Shown: piece by piece, positions 48,770 through 61,100 of the stretch | Layout: every line of letters begins with the position of its first letter | How positions within the stretch are numbered: position 1 is the first letter of the stretch | Assembly (NCBI GenBank): GCA_032718475.1 | Contig: JAUCBJ010007687.1 | Location: 1 to 64,000 of the forward strand | DNA from: Nemertoderma westbladi | Lineage: Eukaryota > Animalia > Xenacoelomorpha | Direction of reading: 5' to 3' | DNA length: 64,000 nucleotides | Position numbers and translations under genes: made by a program | The notes under the pieces: generated by a model | Databases searched by the model: none | The model's input: the letters and a program-made list of their open reading frames with translations, nothing else | Told to the model about the DNA's origin: nothing

Positions 48770-49934
48770 TGTTCGCGCTTTTAGACCTTTAGCAGTTTAA
48801 CCTGCCAAATTTAGGTGTCTTCTAGGTTATAAATCGACTTTAGCCTATAACAAGTATTTGATATACATAAAGTTACATTAGCCGAAGCCAGCCTATGCGC
48901 GATCATTCACCCACGGTTAAGGGAGACTGGATTCGGATGCTCTGACCTTATTGCGGTGTAGACCTACTGTATTATTCGATTGATCGTTACTATAATATCT
49001 CTGACAAATATTATTCACTTTCGGGAAATATTAACAGTTCCTTTAGGACGTGGCGCTCTAAGTATGTAAACAGAGTTATGACTTACACTAAACACAACGG
49101 GATGGCTAGTGATTCACGTATAAAGCGCATTCTTTAGGAAATGCTTTGTTATCTGTCATACTCATGCACATTACCGCACACTGCTGCACACTGATCTGCC
49201 GACCTTCACTAAATTTGATCATATGTAAGGAGAACAGCAACTGACACATGTAGGGCCTATGAAATAGCATTCAATTCACTCCAAAACCACTATAATGTAA
49301 GTCGCAATTGCTATATGTAACCGGTCTCTCTAACCTTCAGTATATCAAGAAGATTGGGGTTTTCTGATTATTTATCGATATTCTCCAAATATAACAACAT
49401 ATCCATCAACTGATACAATTAATAACCGACAGTAAATAGCAGTAAAATAATGCGGTGTTTGTATGTGATCAGGTTTGACAATATGACAATATGATAACAG
49501 TTATACGTTTCTATGATCAAAGCTGTTCTAATGTTTGGCTAATAATAATTCCACAGCCGATGTTCTGGGCTCAGGTAAAAAGGTAAACAAAGACCATAAT
49601 GCATTGCGCGATTTCCCGGAGGCTTCTGTGCAAATAAAATGAAAATCGCTCTGATTGGTCGAGTGAGTGAGCCTGAACAAAGAAAGCCAAAAGCTCCACA
49701 TCGACATATCAGCTGATAGATGTCGTCTTCTAAACTACACTGTATTAAGAGTATTTTGACGCATTGCGGCATAAAATGGCTTGTTATGTCCGCCAAAGTA
49801 CACATACAGAATAATGGCTTTTTATGTCCGCTAAAACACCTACACAGTAAGAAAATGGCTTTTTATGTCCACTAAAATACCTACACAGTACTTTGCGGGG
49901 AAAATGACTAGCTATATCCGCAAAAGCTTTTACA
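48770..49934 (-). repeat. 5' LTR of copy 2a (1165 bp, TGTAAAAG...GCGCGAACA)
   Basis: Both ends match the 3' LTR remnants, and it is homologous to 52152-53331. Confidence 0.9.
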
Positions 49935-50197
49935 ACCAGCCAGTGCATAATCTTGTGCTTCGGCGCCCTCGTGGAGTGAATAAGCATGGTGGACAGCCCA
50001 TGACTTTCTTGAGACGCATCTTAAAGGACACTGGCCTTGAAGATGCGGATGATCTAGCAAATATCATGGGTGATAGGGAGTTGTGGCGGCTCAATTTAGT
50101 CGACGAGCCATCGCAGTATTCTTAATATTTATGTAATATATATATATATATATAATGCAGCTGCAATGCAGTATGCCGATCGTAGTAGTAGTAGTAG
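49935..50197 (+). mobile_element. Right part of the RTE-like fragment, ending in a (TAG)n tail
   Basis: Encodes QPVHNLVL...ELWR and ends CGATCGTAGTAGTAGTAG. Confidence 0.85.
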
Positions 50198-50200
50198 GTT

Positions 50201-51230
50201 ATTAAGTCGATTAAGTCGAATTTGGGCCAAAAAATTGACATTTTTAAGTATATCCCATCTAAATCAGAATGTAACGGGGATTCCAAATCGAAAAACAGTT
50301 TTTCCATATTTTGTTTCATTCACGAGATATCATGCCTGAAGTACGGGTAGTTTTATAGGTACAGTAGTTGAGTAGGCTGAATTTGCGTTTCACAGATAGT
50401 TGTCATATTTAAATAAAATATTTTTTATTTTTATTTATTTTATTGTCATAAAATCATATTTGTGTCAACTTTAAGATATTTTAGAGGTTATTTTTTAATT
50501 CAGCACCCCTATTTTAGTGCATATAGCAAGTATTGGTATTCTACTCATTGCAGAATTAATTATGTGACAATAATTTAGTTGTTCGCTAAATATTCAAAGC
50601 TCGATATTTCTGGCTTACTCTAATTCACATTTTCCCGTGAATTATTTTTTCGCTACGAGCATGTCTTTAAAAAAATGTCACACCCTTCATTTTTATCGTA
50701 TAGAGCTCATTCAGGTCTCATTTTAAAGGGGATTTTCAGGAGAACAAATGTTAGTATATTTTACAGAGGGACTTTCAAGATAACTCACTAATTGACTGCA
50801 ATGAAATATAATAACTCCAGAATTTGCGAAAGCTTACCGTTTAAATGATGGATAGCTCTTCTTTGCATATAGCATTCGTTTTGACTTATACTAACATTTG
50901 TTCTGAAAATTATCTTTAAAATGAGACCTGAATGAGCTCTGTAGGCCTACGATAAAAAATGAAGGTAGTGAAACATTTTTAGACACGCTCATAGCGAAAA
51001 AATCATTCACGGGAAAATGTGGAAAAATTAATATCGCGACATTAGAGACTACCCGTACTTCACACATGATATCTCGTGAACGAAACAAAATTATGGAAAA
51101 ACTGTTTTTAGATTTGGAATCACCATTACAATGTGATTCAGATGGGATATACTGGGATTTTAGATAGATGGGATTTTTAATTTTTTGGTCCAAATTCGAC
51201 TACCCCCCCCCCCCCCCCCCCCCCCCTTAA
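50201..51230. mobile_element. Foldback non-autonomous DNA transposon (MITE, possibly Kolobok-like, TTAA end)
   Basis: Outer inverted arms ~50213-50352 and ~51047-51201; inner arms ~50625-50758 and ~50887-51021. The right end is poly-C followed by TTAA. Confidence 0.7.
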
Positions 51231-51515
51231 ACAAACACAACTAGTTTATTTACCGGTACATATAGTACTATAAAACTCATTATACAACCCGTTTTGGTTT
51301 GATTTTTCATTATTCTTTGTACATTTATACACTCATTTTCTTATTGCCTTCGCTTTGCTCGGCGAATATCTTACCGCAACGCTATAAAGTGATACTTTTT
51401 GATCAACAAAAAATTATGAATGCGTCTAGTTATTATTATTATGTAATATACTCAGTGATCGTAAAGTAAATTACTATCGCTCTGAATATACTTTATAGTA
51501 ATTTTATTAGTTTCA

Positions 51516-52151
51516 CATGGGAACAATGTAGGCCTACAGTACAGTATACAGGACATGGGAACTATGTAGGCTTACAGTACAGTATACAGGACATTGCAAC
51601 TATGTAGGCCTACAGTACAGTATACAGGACATGGGAACTATGTTGGCCTACAGTACAGTATACAGGACATGGGAACTATGTAGGCCTACAGTACAGTATA
51701 CAGGACATGGGAACTATGTAGGCCTACAGTATACAGTATACAGGACATGGGAACTATGTAGGCCTACAGTACAGTATACAGGACATGGGAACTATGTAGG
51801 CCTACAGTACAGTATACAGGACATGGGAACTACATTATGTAGGCCTACAGTACAGTATACAGGACATGGGAACTATGTAGGCCTACAGTACAGTATACAG
51901 GACATGGGAACTATGTAGGCCTACAGTACAGAAGACAGGACATGGGAACTACAGTATGTAGGCCTACAGTACAGTATACAGGACATGGGAACTACGGGTA
52001 TATGGCCTACAGTACAGTATACAGGAGATTGGAACTATGTAGGCCTACAGTACAGTATACAGGACATGGGAACTATGTAGGCCTACAGTACAGTATACAG
52101 GACATGGGAACTATGTAGGCCTACAGTACAGTATACAGGACATGGGAACTA
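51516..52151. repeat. 38-bp minisatellite (~16 units) GGGAACTATGTAGGCCTACAGTACAGTATACAGGACAT
   Basis: Direct tandem period of 38 bp with the internal palindrome TGTAGGCCTACA; abuts the 2b LTR. Confidence 0.95.
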
Positions 52152-55100
52152 TGTAAAAGCTTTTGCGGACATAACAAGTCATTTTTCCCGCAATGAGCAG
52201 TGTAGGGGCTTTTGCGGACATAACAAGTCATTTTTCCGCAATGCGCAGAATACTTTAAAATAGCCCTGAATTTGTCCAACTATGCGACGGGAGGGAATTG
52301 GAGCTGGTGTGACGACATCTATCAGCTGATTCTCTGTGGACGTGGAACTTTTCTTTGTTCTGCCTCGTCAGCCAATCAGAGCGATTTTCCCCCTTATGTC
52401 TGACAGAGGCCTATGGAAACCCGCGCAATGCATTACGGTCTTTGTTTACTATTTTTCTGAGCACCAGAACCGGCTCGGAATCTTCTGTACTTCTGTGTAG
52501 AAGTTTCAGACTTTGGCCTAAACATCAGATGGCTTTGATTATAAGAATGTAAATCTATTATCCAACCACCTACCTGGATCATTTACTTCTCCTGAAACTC
52601 ACCTGACTGCCTGACTTTCATAACTGCATAAGTAACACATACTGACTGTTCACCGCATTATTTTACTTCTGTTATTAATTGTTGTTATATTGATGGATAT
52701 TGTTGTTATATTATGAGAATACCGATAAATAATCATAAAACCCCCAATCTTCTTGATTACTGAAGGTAAGAGGAACAGGTTTACCGGTAGCAGCTGCGAC
52801 TTAAATTATAGTGGTTTTTGTGTGAATTAAATGCTATTTCATAATCCCTACAAGTGTCAGTTGCGATCTTCCTTATATATGATCAAATTCAGTGATGGTC
52901 GGCAGATTAGTGCGCAGTAGTGTGAAGTAGTGTGAAGTAGTGTGAAAGATAATAAAGCATCTCCTAAAGAATGCGCTATTTACGAAACTCTGTGGCCATC
53001 TAGTTGTGATAAGTATAAGTCATAACTCTGTTTTTATACTTAAAGCGCCACGTCCTAAAGGAACTGTTAATATTTCCCCGAAAGTAAATATATTTGTCAG
53101 AGATTATATAGTAACGATCAATCGAATAATACAGTAGGTCTACACTGCAATAATTCTCAAAGCATCCGAATCCAGTCTCCCAAAACCGTGGGTGAATGAT
53201 CGCGCACAGACTGGCTTCGGCTGATGTAACTTCAGTACACTAAATAATCGATATAGGCTAAAGTCTATTTATAAACAAGAGGACAACTAAAATTGGCAGG
53301 TTAAACTGCTAAAGGTCTAAAAGCGCGAACAATAATAGATTTTTTATCTTGATTGCACAGTAGGCAATAAATATTTTGTCTATTGTTCTGGTAAGAACAA
53401 TAATAGATTTTAAGTTTCTTTATTGCGCCGTAGGCAATAAAGTCGAATGTACCGGTCAGACGGTAAACTGTAGGCCTAACTGCCAAACCACCCGAACCGG
53501 TACTTACCGGTACCAGTATTATTTCGATTGTGATATATTGTATATTAGTAGGCTGTTTAAGAAAGTAGGGACTGTACACCCCTTATTTCTTTTAGAGCTT
53601 ATTTATTTCTGTCAGTTTTATTTATCTGAAAGTGTAATATTGAGCAGAAGGTGTGTATAAACCTGCTCAGATTGTATAAATAATTTGTAGGCCAGATTGT
53701 TGTCTAGCTGTTGTTAGGTCTGATGCGATTGCAGTGTGTGTAGAGTGTCTGTCCGATAAAGTGCTAGTTAGGAAGGTGGGGGCATCCAGTGTTGTAAGGT
53801 AAATCCCCCCCGAAAGAATAAGTTGTACTACTTGGTTAGAACGCCTACTAACTAACCATTTCGGAGTCTGCATATACTGTAATTTATTTAGGCTTGACAG
53901 TAGTCTGCCAGCATTTGGTCTGTATTTTGTTTGAATCGTCTGCAAGGGTAGCGTAATATTTATTATTCAGAGTTTATGCGAGTATTCGCAACCACCAACT
54001 CCCCAAGTTTATTCCTACAGTAATTGTGCTTATTATACATACCGTTATAGTTAAATTAACCCCGGTACTACATCAGGGCTGCTTGGCGTAGGTAAAGACT
54101 GGTGATTTTGTGCTCCGGTCACTCCAGCAGATACCGTGGTTCTTTTGGCTGTTCAAGTATATTTAACTGCTGGTTATTTGTTGTATAAGTACTTGTACCT
54201 AATTTAGGGTTTAGGGTACAGTGCTTTCCGAAAGTAATTTAGTGTGTAGGCAGTATATTTGTGTTGTAATGTGGTTAAAAGGCATGTTAGCTCTGGTTGG
54301 CTTCGGTAATTAACCTCTAGGTAAGGACACTCCAGGTACATAACGTAGTACTTATAGAGCTAAGACTATAAGTCGTCAGACGGTGGTATTTTCTTATCTG
54401 GACAACGCAACTTACTTACTACTGCTTTATTGTTTTCAAATACCGTAGTTTCCTGTCAGTTTGTAAGAACCAGAAATTCTAACTCCTTGTTAGGCTGGTT
54501 CGTAGATTTCTTATAAAATTACCCTAAAAAAATGTATGTGTAACTTGTTATTGTTTATTTAGAGATTGTAATCTCAAACTGTAATTGTAAGTAATTTGTA
54601 GTGATAAGTAACTTAGTAAAGTAGAATTATCTGTGTAGTGACTCCTTATCCAGAAATAATAACATTTATTTCAAATATTGTCAAAACCCATTATACAGGT
54701 ATATATATATTTATAAATCAACTCAAACAGATTTATAAAATAGTAGGCCTGTTATACATCAATTAGGTCTTAATATCAGTTGAACTACTGCTTAATAACA
54801 GTAATAAGTAAAAGGGAAGTAACCCTAAAATTCAGAATTTCAGTTATTATAAAATAATTGACATTACCGGTGCGGTATTTACGGTAGGCTTATTATATAT
54901 TATTATATAAATTTAGGCTAAAAATAAGTACCGGTATTCTGTGACTAAATCCTAGTCTGTAATAATACTTATATATATACTATAAGTGTATACCGGTATT
55001 TTAATATTATATATATATCACGTTACACTGAGTAATGGTATCGGTAATTAATTACTAGGCTTACAGTTGATACTGAATTACTAGACTTGCTTTAACTGTC

Positions 55101-58100
55101 GTTATAGTAGTAGGCATTCAACTGTAAAATAAATCATGGCTGACACAAAGCAAACACTGTCAGATAGTCTTCTAGAAAGAACAGTCTATGACTCAGATAA
55201 GAGTATAGAACATCTGAGACCGAAGTCCAAGTCCCCTCCTACTGTAAGAAAGGTCATCCCTACAGTAGTAGTAACAGACCCTAGGCTAGTAAAGCACCAT
55301 AGGTCTATCTAGGCACTAGGGCTCAAGTTAAGCGGGACCAAGAGGCAGCTGTTAAGCAGCAGCAGCACCCGAACCGAGAACTTATTTCTCAACGGCATGA
55401 TAACTCTAGCAGTTCAGACACTGTAGAGTTGACGCCCGAGATCGGAGCAAGGATGGCAGAAGCGGTTTATCTATATCCACTTCTAATTCTTCCTGGGGCC
55501 GTACTCACTAGAGTATTGATCGCTGTGGAAGAACATCAAATCGATTGGGCGAGAAGTAAGCGATCGACCAGGGACAGTTATGCGGGATACACGATGGAGG
55601 AACTGAGGTCTATTGTCGAGACGCAATGGAACTTCCCTGGACCCAGCCTCCCGTTTAACTTATCAGAAGCTGCCTGGGAGGACTTATACAGGATGGGCAT
55701 AGTAAGAGAAACCTGCGATCCAGCTGTATGGAAGAGGTCGGCAGCAGGATATGTCCAGGGATTCTTCAGCTCTTTGGAGCGATTAGAAGAACACCTATTC
55801 CAACAACGCCAAGGACCTCAAGAGCAGGGAGAGCTGCTTTATCAAGTGCGAGAACGAATCTGACGGATCAGACTAATCCTTTCAGCCTTTGAGGAAGCCT
55901 CGAAGAGAAGCCAAGACACATCGTTGCATGTTGCTGTAAAGACTTGGTTCCAACGCGTGAGTCTTAAGGTCCAAGGAACGACACAATGGAAAGCTCAGCT
56001 AACCGAGCGCATGACCCACGGAGAATCAACAGATGCCACCTTTTCTCAAGTGGAAGGCGAAGCGACAACAGAAAAACCTCAGAAGAAGGATGCTATTGAC
56101 ATCTATCTATCGGACTATCAAAGATTTATAGGTGACAAAGAGTTAAGGAGACGGCTAGCTGGACTTCACCCTAATTGTGAGGGAGCCAAGTTTGTGTTGG
56201 ACTCGTTAGATGCAGAAATATTAGCTGCAGAACAGGCTAAATTGGATGAAAGCATTTTCCTCGCAATGGACCAAGAAGAACAACTAAAGAAAAAACAGAT
56301 TGAAGACCGAAAGTTGGCAGCAGCGGCTGAATCTGAAAGAAAGGAAGCAGCGGCAGCAGCAGAATCTGAAAGAAAGGAAGCAGCAGCAGCAGCAGTGGCA
56401 GAAGCAGAGTGACGCGCATCTGAAGAGACAACCCAACTAGAGTTGGAAAATCTTCAAGTGAAGCAAGATAACTTAAATAAACAGAGAACAGCTACTCATA
56501 TGCAGTTGCTGAGTCGATCTACTCCCAGAAGACAGGGATTTACCTCCTCTAATGAAGGCGATACAACAGATCCTGAAGGTAGAGGAAATAAATCTCGTTC
56601 CAGCGGACGTAGAAGAGCACCACACCGGCAGAAATTGCCTGATTTGCCTCTGGCTGTGAGAAGACAACTAGCTAGTGTAGATTTAAGTAATCCTGAGCCT
56701 ACAGACCAAATTATTAGAGTAGAAAGACTCCCTACTATAGTAGACGAGCCCGAAATAATTAGGCCTGTCATTGAAGTCACTCCAGTGCTAGAGACCCCTG
56801 TACTTACAGAACCTAACTCTAAATTCCCTTTGCACAGTACTAAACTACCTGTGCCCAGTAGACTAGCCCCTGAATCACTCCCGGTCCTGGACGCCGAGCA
56901 AGACATAAATGACTTGTCTCCCGTCATCCCCACGCGTCACCCGGCTACCACGTTGGCGGCTCCCGCGGCAGCGGTTGAGTGGGTGGACGAGGGACGACGG
57001 GGGATGAATCGCCTGCTCGGGCAGCTAGAAGAACATAAACAACGTTCTTCCCAGCAGGTCCGAGAGTTGGAAGGGACTGTTCAGCAGTTAAAGGGAACAA
57101 TGAGAGAGAGTAGGTTAGAGTTGCAAGAAGTGCAACAAAGTATCGCTTTAGAGCACGATAAATTAGTAAATATACAAATGGGTATACCACCACCCCCTGT
57201 AACAATGTGTCAACCCGTTAGGTCTGAAGTATTTCATGCGCAAGGTGTGGAGCCTACACGCATCTATACTGCGAGTGAAGTAGAAACTCCTATAGTAAAC
57301 CCTATTAAGGGTAATTATAAACCTGTTGATAATGATATCCCATACAGATCTGATCATAATCCGAGAAATTTATATACCGATAACTCGATATTAAATAATA
57401 CGATGGCTCAAGAAAGTTTTACACGTCAAATGGCTAGAACTGAAGCCCGTCAAGCGGTAAAGGTGGGAGAGGTCGTCAAGTTTAATGGAGATGAGATGAA
57501 ATGGTTACCTTTTAATGAATATTATAAAGATAACATACAGAACTCTGTACTATCCAACGGAGAGAAACTTAGATTCCTCATCGAGTGCCTGGAAGGACCT
57601 CCCAAGTTAATGGCGTTAAAGTTTATTGGATATCCAGATGGATTAAGACAAGTTTGGGATACACTAAACATCAGGTATGGTAATAGGACTAACATAGCTA
57701 GGTATTTATATGCGAAATTAGTAGCGCCCCGAAAGTTTCTTAGCAGAGGGATTATAGAGTTTTCCGATGAGATTCAGGAGATCTGCAGACAGTTAGATTG
57801 GTTAGGTAAGTCTCAGGAATATTAGAGTTCTACGGTTGTTGGAGCTGTAGCATCTACTTTGCCAAAGGGTGGAGTAGGTACTCGTTGGGACAAAAAGGTT
57901 CTCTATATGATGGACCAGCAACAAAGAGACCCTACCATGGCTGATCTCATGTCATTCTTAAACGGAGAGGTAAGATTACAGCTCCTAAAGCAGTCCAGAG
58001 AGAAGACACCGGAAAGTAAGGTGAGTGAAAAACCCATTTCCAGGAGAAAGGTAACACCAGTGTGTTATACGGACGATGGCGAAAGCCAAACCTCATACGA

Positions 58101-61100
58101 GGAAAACAGCGGTATCAACTGGTAACAGCTGGTACAGCTGGTAACAACAGATTGGTCTTCCATTCCGACGGCAAGAACCCAACTTTATAAATAACTGACC
58201 TTTCGCGGAAAAGAGAATCGCGGAACTACATCGGCGTCTTACGGCCAACGTTCCAGCCAGGGAAATGTATAAAACCCAGCTGAAAAAATTTATTGATAAA
58301 GGATACGCGGAGCGAGTTCCGGAAGAAACACCTATAACGGAAAGAACGTATTATCTAACACATCATTACGTTCCCAAGCCCGGTAAACCCAACGAAGTCC
58401 GGGTAGTGTTTGACGGCTCCGCCCTTTACATGGGTCAATCCCTAAACTCAGAACTGTTGCCGGGACCCAACTTACTCCAATCCTTGTTACTATTAAGATT
58501 ATTAATACTATTAAGATTGCGGCAATATTCTATCGCATTCGCTTCGGACATAGAAGGCATGTTCTTACAAGTCAAGGCGCTGGATAGGGATCGAGACAGC
58601 CTACGATTTCTGTGGTGGCCTGAAGGAGACCTCAACCGAAAACCGGTGGAGTACTGGATGACCATCCAGGCTTTCGGGATCATCTCGAGCCCCTCGAACG
58701 CTTGTTCAGTAGTGCGTACCACTGCCGATGACAACCAAGATGCCTTCTCTAAAGCAGTTATCGACAACATCAACCGGGATATATACATGGAAGACAATTT
58801 AAAGTCCCTCCCATCGGTGGAAGAAGCCATTGATGTTGCCAAGGGAATGGTAGAGCGCTTGCAACGCGGTGGATTTCGACTAACCAAATTCACTAGTAAC
58901 TCCCGTGAGTTTCTGGAATCGATCCCGGTAGAAGACCGAGGCGTTAAAGATCTAGACCTTATCAAGGACGATCTTCCGGAAACCAAAACACTTGGCTTAA
59001 AATGGGACATGGAGAGAGATATCTTGTTTTTCCAGTTAAAACAGTGAGATAATCCAGTTAGAACTAAATGGATTTGTCTAAGTATCCTGAGCACTTATTT
59101 CGATCCATTGGGATTTATTAGCCCAGTTATATTGGTTGCTCGGAGCTTAGTGCAACAAATGTGGCTCGAAAACCACTCGTGGGATGATCCACTTAAGGGA
59201 GAACTACTAAAGAAGTGGATGAAATGGGAAGATTCTCTATCATCCATCGAGAACTTTACGATTTCCCATTCATATTTTGGTCATGTTCTCCCCACGTATT
59301 CCTATCAACTCCATGTGTTTGGAGACGCCAACGATATGGGAATAGGTATAGTAGCCTACCTGAGAGTTGAAACTCCGGATGGAATTAAAGTTGCCTCGGT
59401 TACCTCTAAGGCCTTGATAAATAACAAACTACGAGTTCCTAGAGCGGAGTTAAAGGCGGCTCTATACGCTACAGCCATCAACCGGAATGTAACAGAACAG
59501 ATCGACTATCCACTGGAGAAAACTGTCTATTGGACTGATGCTTTACTCGTTTTGGAGTATATAACCAATGAAGTCTGTCAGTTCAGCGTCTTCGTTACCA
59601 ACAGAGTAGCCATTATACTTAGTCGCTCTAATGTAGATCAATTGAGACATTGCCCTGGGACGATTAATCCAGCCGACATCGCCTCCAGAGGAGCAACTCC
59701 TCAAGAACTGATAGATACTCCAGACTGGTTAGGTGGACCCGACTTCCTGAGTAAAGAAGAGGATGAATGGCCTCCTCATCTCACCACGGCTGAGATTAGA
59801 CAAGCCAAGGGAGCGGAGAAAGTCAAACCTAAAACCCGGATGAGTAAATCAAAGTTATTTAAACCTGTGATAGATCTGTCTGTACTACACATCTCCAGGG
59901 ACGACACTGTGGATCTAAACTCCCCTACCACAAATAAATCTGTTGTAGAAATCAGAGAAAGAGACTGGAAATCTGGAACACCAGACGTCTCGCAAGGACT
60001 CTCACCTCTCCTGCAGAGAGCAATAAATCATTATAGCTCCTGGAATTGGCTTTGTAAGGCCGTCGTGTATCTGAAAAGATGTTTCCATCATCACTATTCC
60101 AGGACGAAGATCGCTAGTGATACCGCTCCAAAAATATCCGAAAAGGTCCATGCTATCAAAGATCTGCCCACTTACAAAGTGTCGGATAGGTTTCTGACGG
60201 AGAAGATCAGTTACCAAGAGCATGAGGAAACCAATAAGCAGATACTGAGACTCCTGCAATGCTATGAAGATTCCGATAAGTATTTCCTGTTGTTGAGAAA
60301 TCCACAGATGCACTTAAGGGATCGTTTCTCTAGCACAATGATAGATGGGTTAATACGTGTCGGAGGGAGATTAACTAATGCTCCATTATCCTTTGACACT
60401 AAGTTTCCCATACTCATTAGAAATCTTGAAATACAAATCAAGATGATTGTAGATGTTCACAGTAGGCTTTACCATGCTGGTAGAGAACGAGTTCTTAGCG
60501 AAATTCGAACTCACTATTATTTCCATAAACCCCGTAGAGCTCTGAACCAAGTTCTTAGGAACTGTATACCCTGTAGGAAAGCATTCAGTAGGCCTTTAAC
60601 ACAGCAAGAGGCAGAATTACCTAGGGAACGAGTAAGCTTCTATGAACCACCCTTTACTAATACCGGTGTGGATTTATTTGGCCCTATTGAAGTATATCGT
60701 GCTAGGACTATAGTCAAGCGATGGTGTGTAATCTTTGTCTATATGACTTGTAGAGCGATCCATCTAGATATGGTGAACGATCTATCTACCAACAGCTTCA
60801 TACTGAGTTTATGCCGACAGATCGCTCGTTTCGGAACTAGCAACACGATGAGATCCGACAAGGGAACGAACTTCATTGGTGCCAACAATGAAATCAAGGC
60901 TTACGTCAAAGATTGGAACCAAAGACAGGTGGACGATCAGCTAAGGGTAACAGCGTCTAGCTGGACCTTCAACGCCACCGACGCCCCTTGGTGGGGAGGA
61001 AGTTGGGAGAGATTAATCAGGAGCGTGAAGACCGCATTTCACTTTATAGTGCCGTGCCGCGCGTATCTCACCGACGAACTTTTGCGGACGTTAATGGAGG

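Larger units (their letters stand above)
34440..49934 (-). mobile_element. BEL/Pao LTR retrotransposon family 2, copy 2a (defective); TG...CA LTRs; TSD ACCGG/ACCAG
   Basis: 5' LTR at 48770-49934; 3' LTR remnants at 34440-34521 and 35919-36117. PPT GGGAGCGG at 36118-36125 (minus). TSD at 34435-34439 and 49935-49939 with one mismatch. Gag-Pol fragments run 46845 to 39029. Confidence 0.9.

Noticed and set aside
51631-51918. 95-aa repetitive ORF
   Set aside because: It is a translation of the 38-bp minisatellite.
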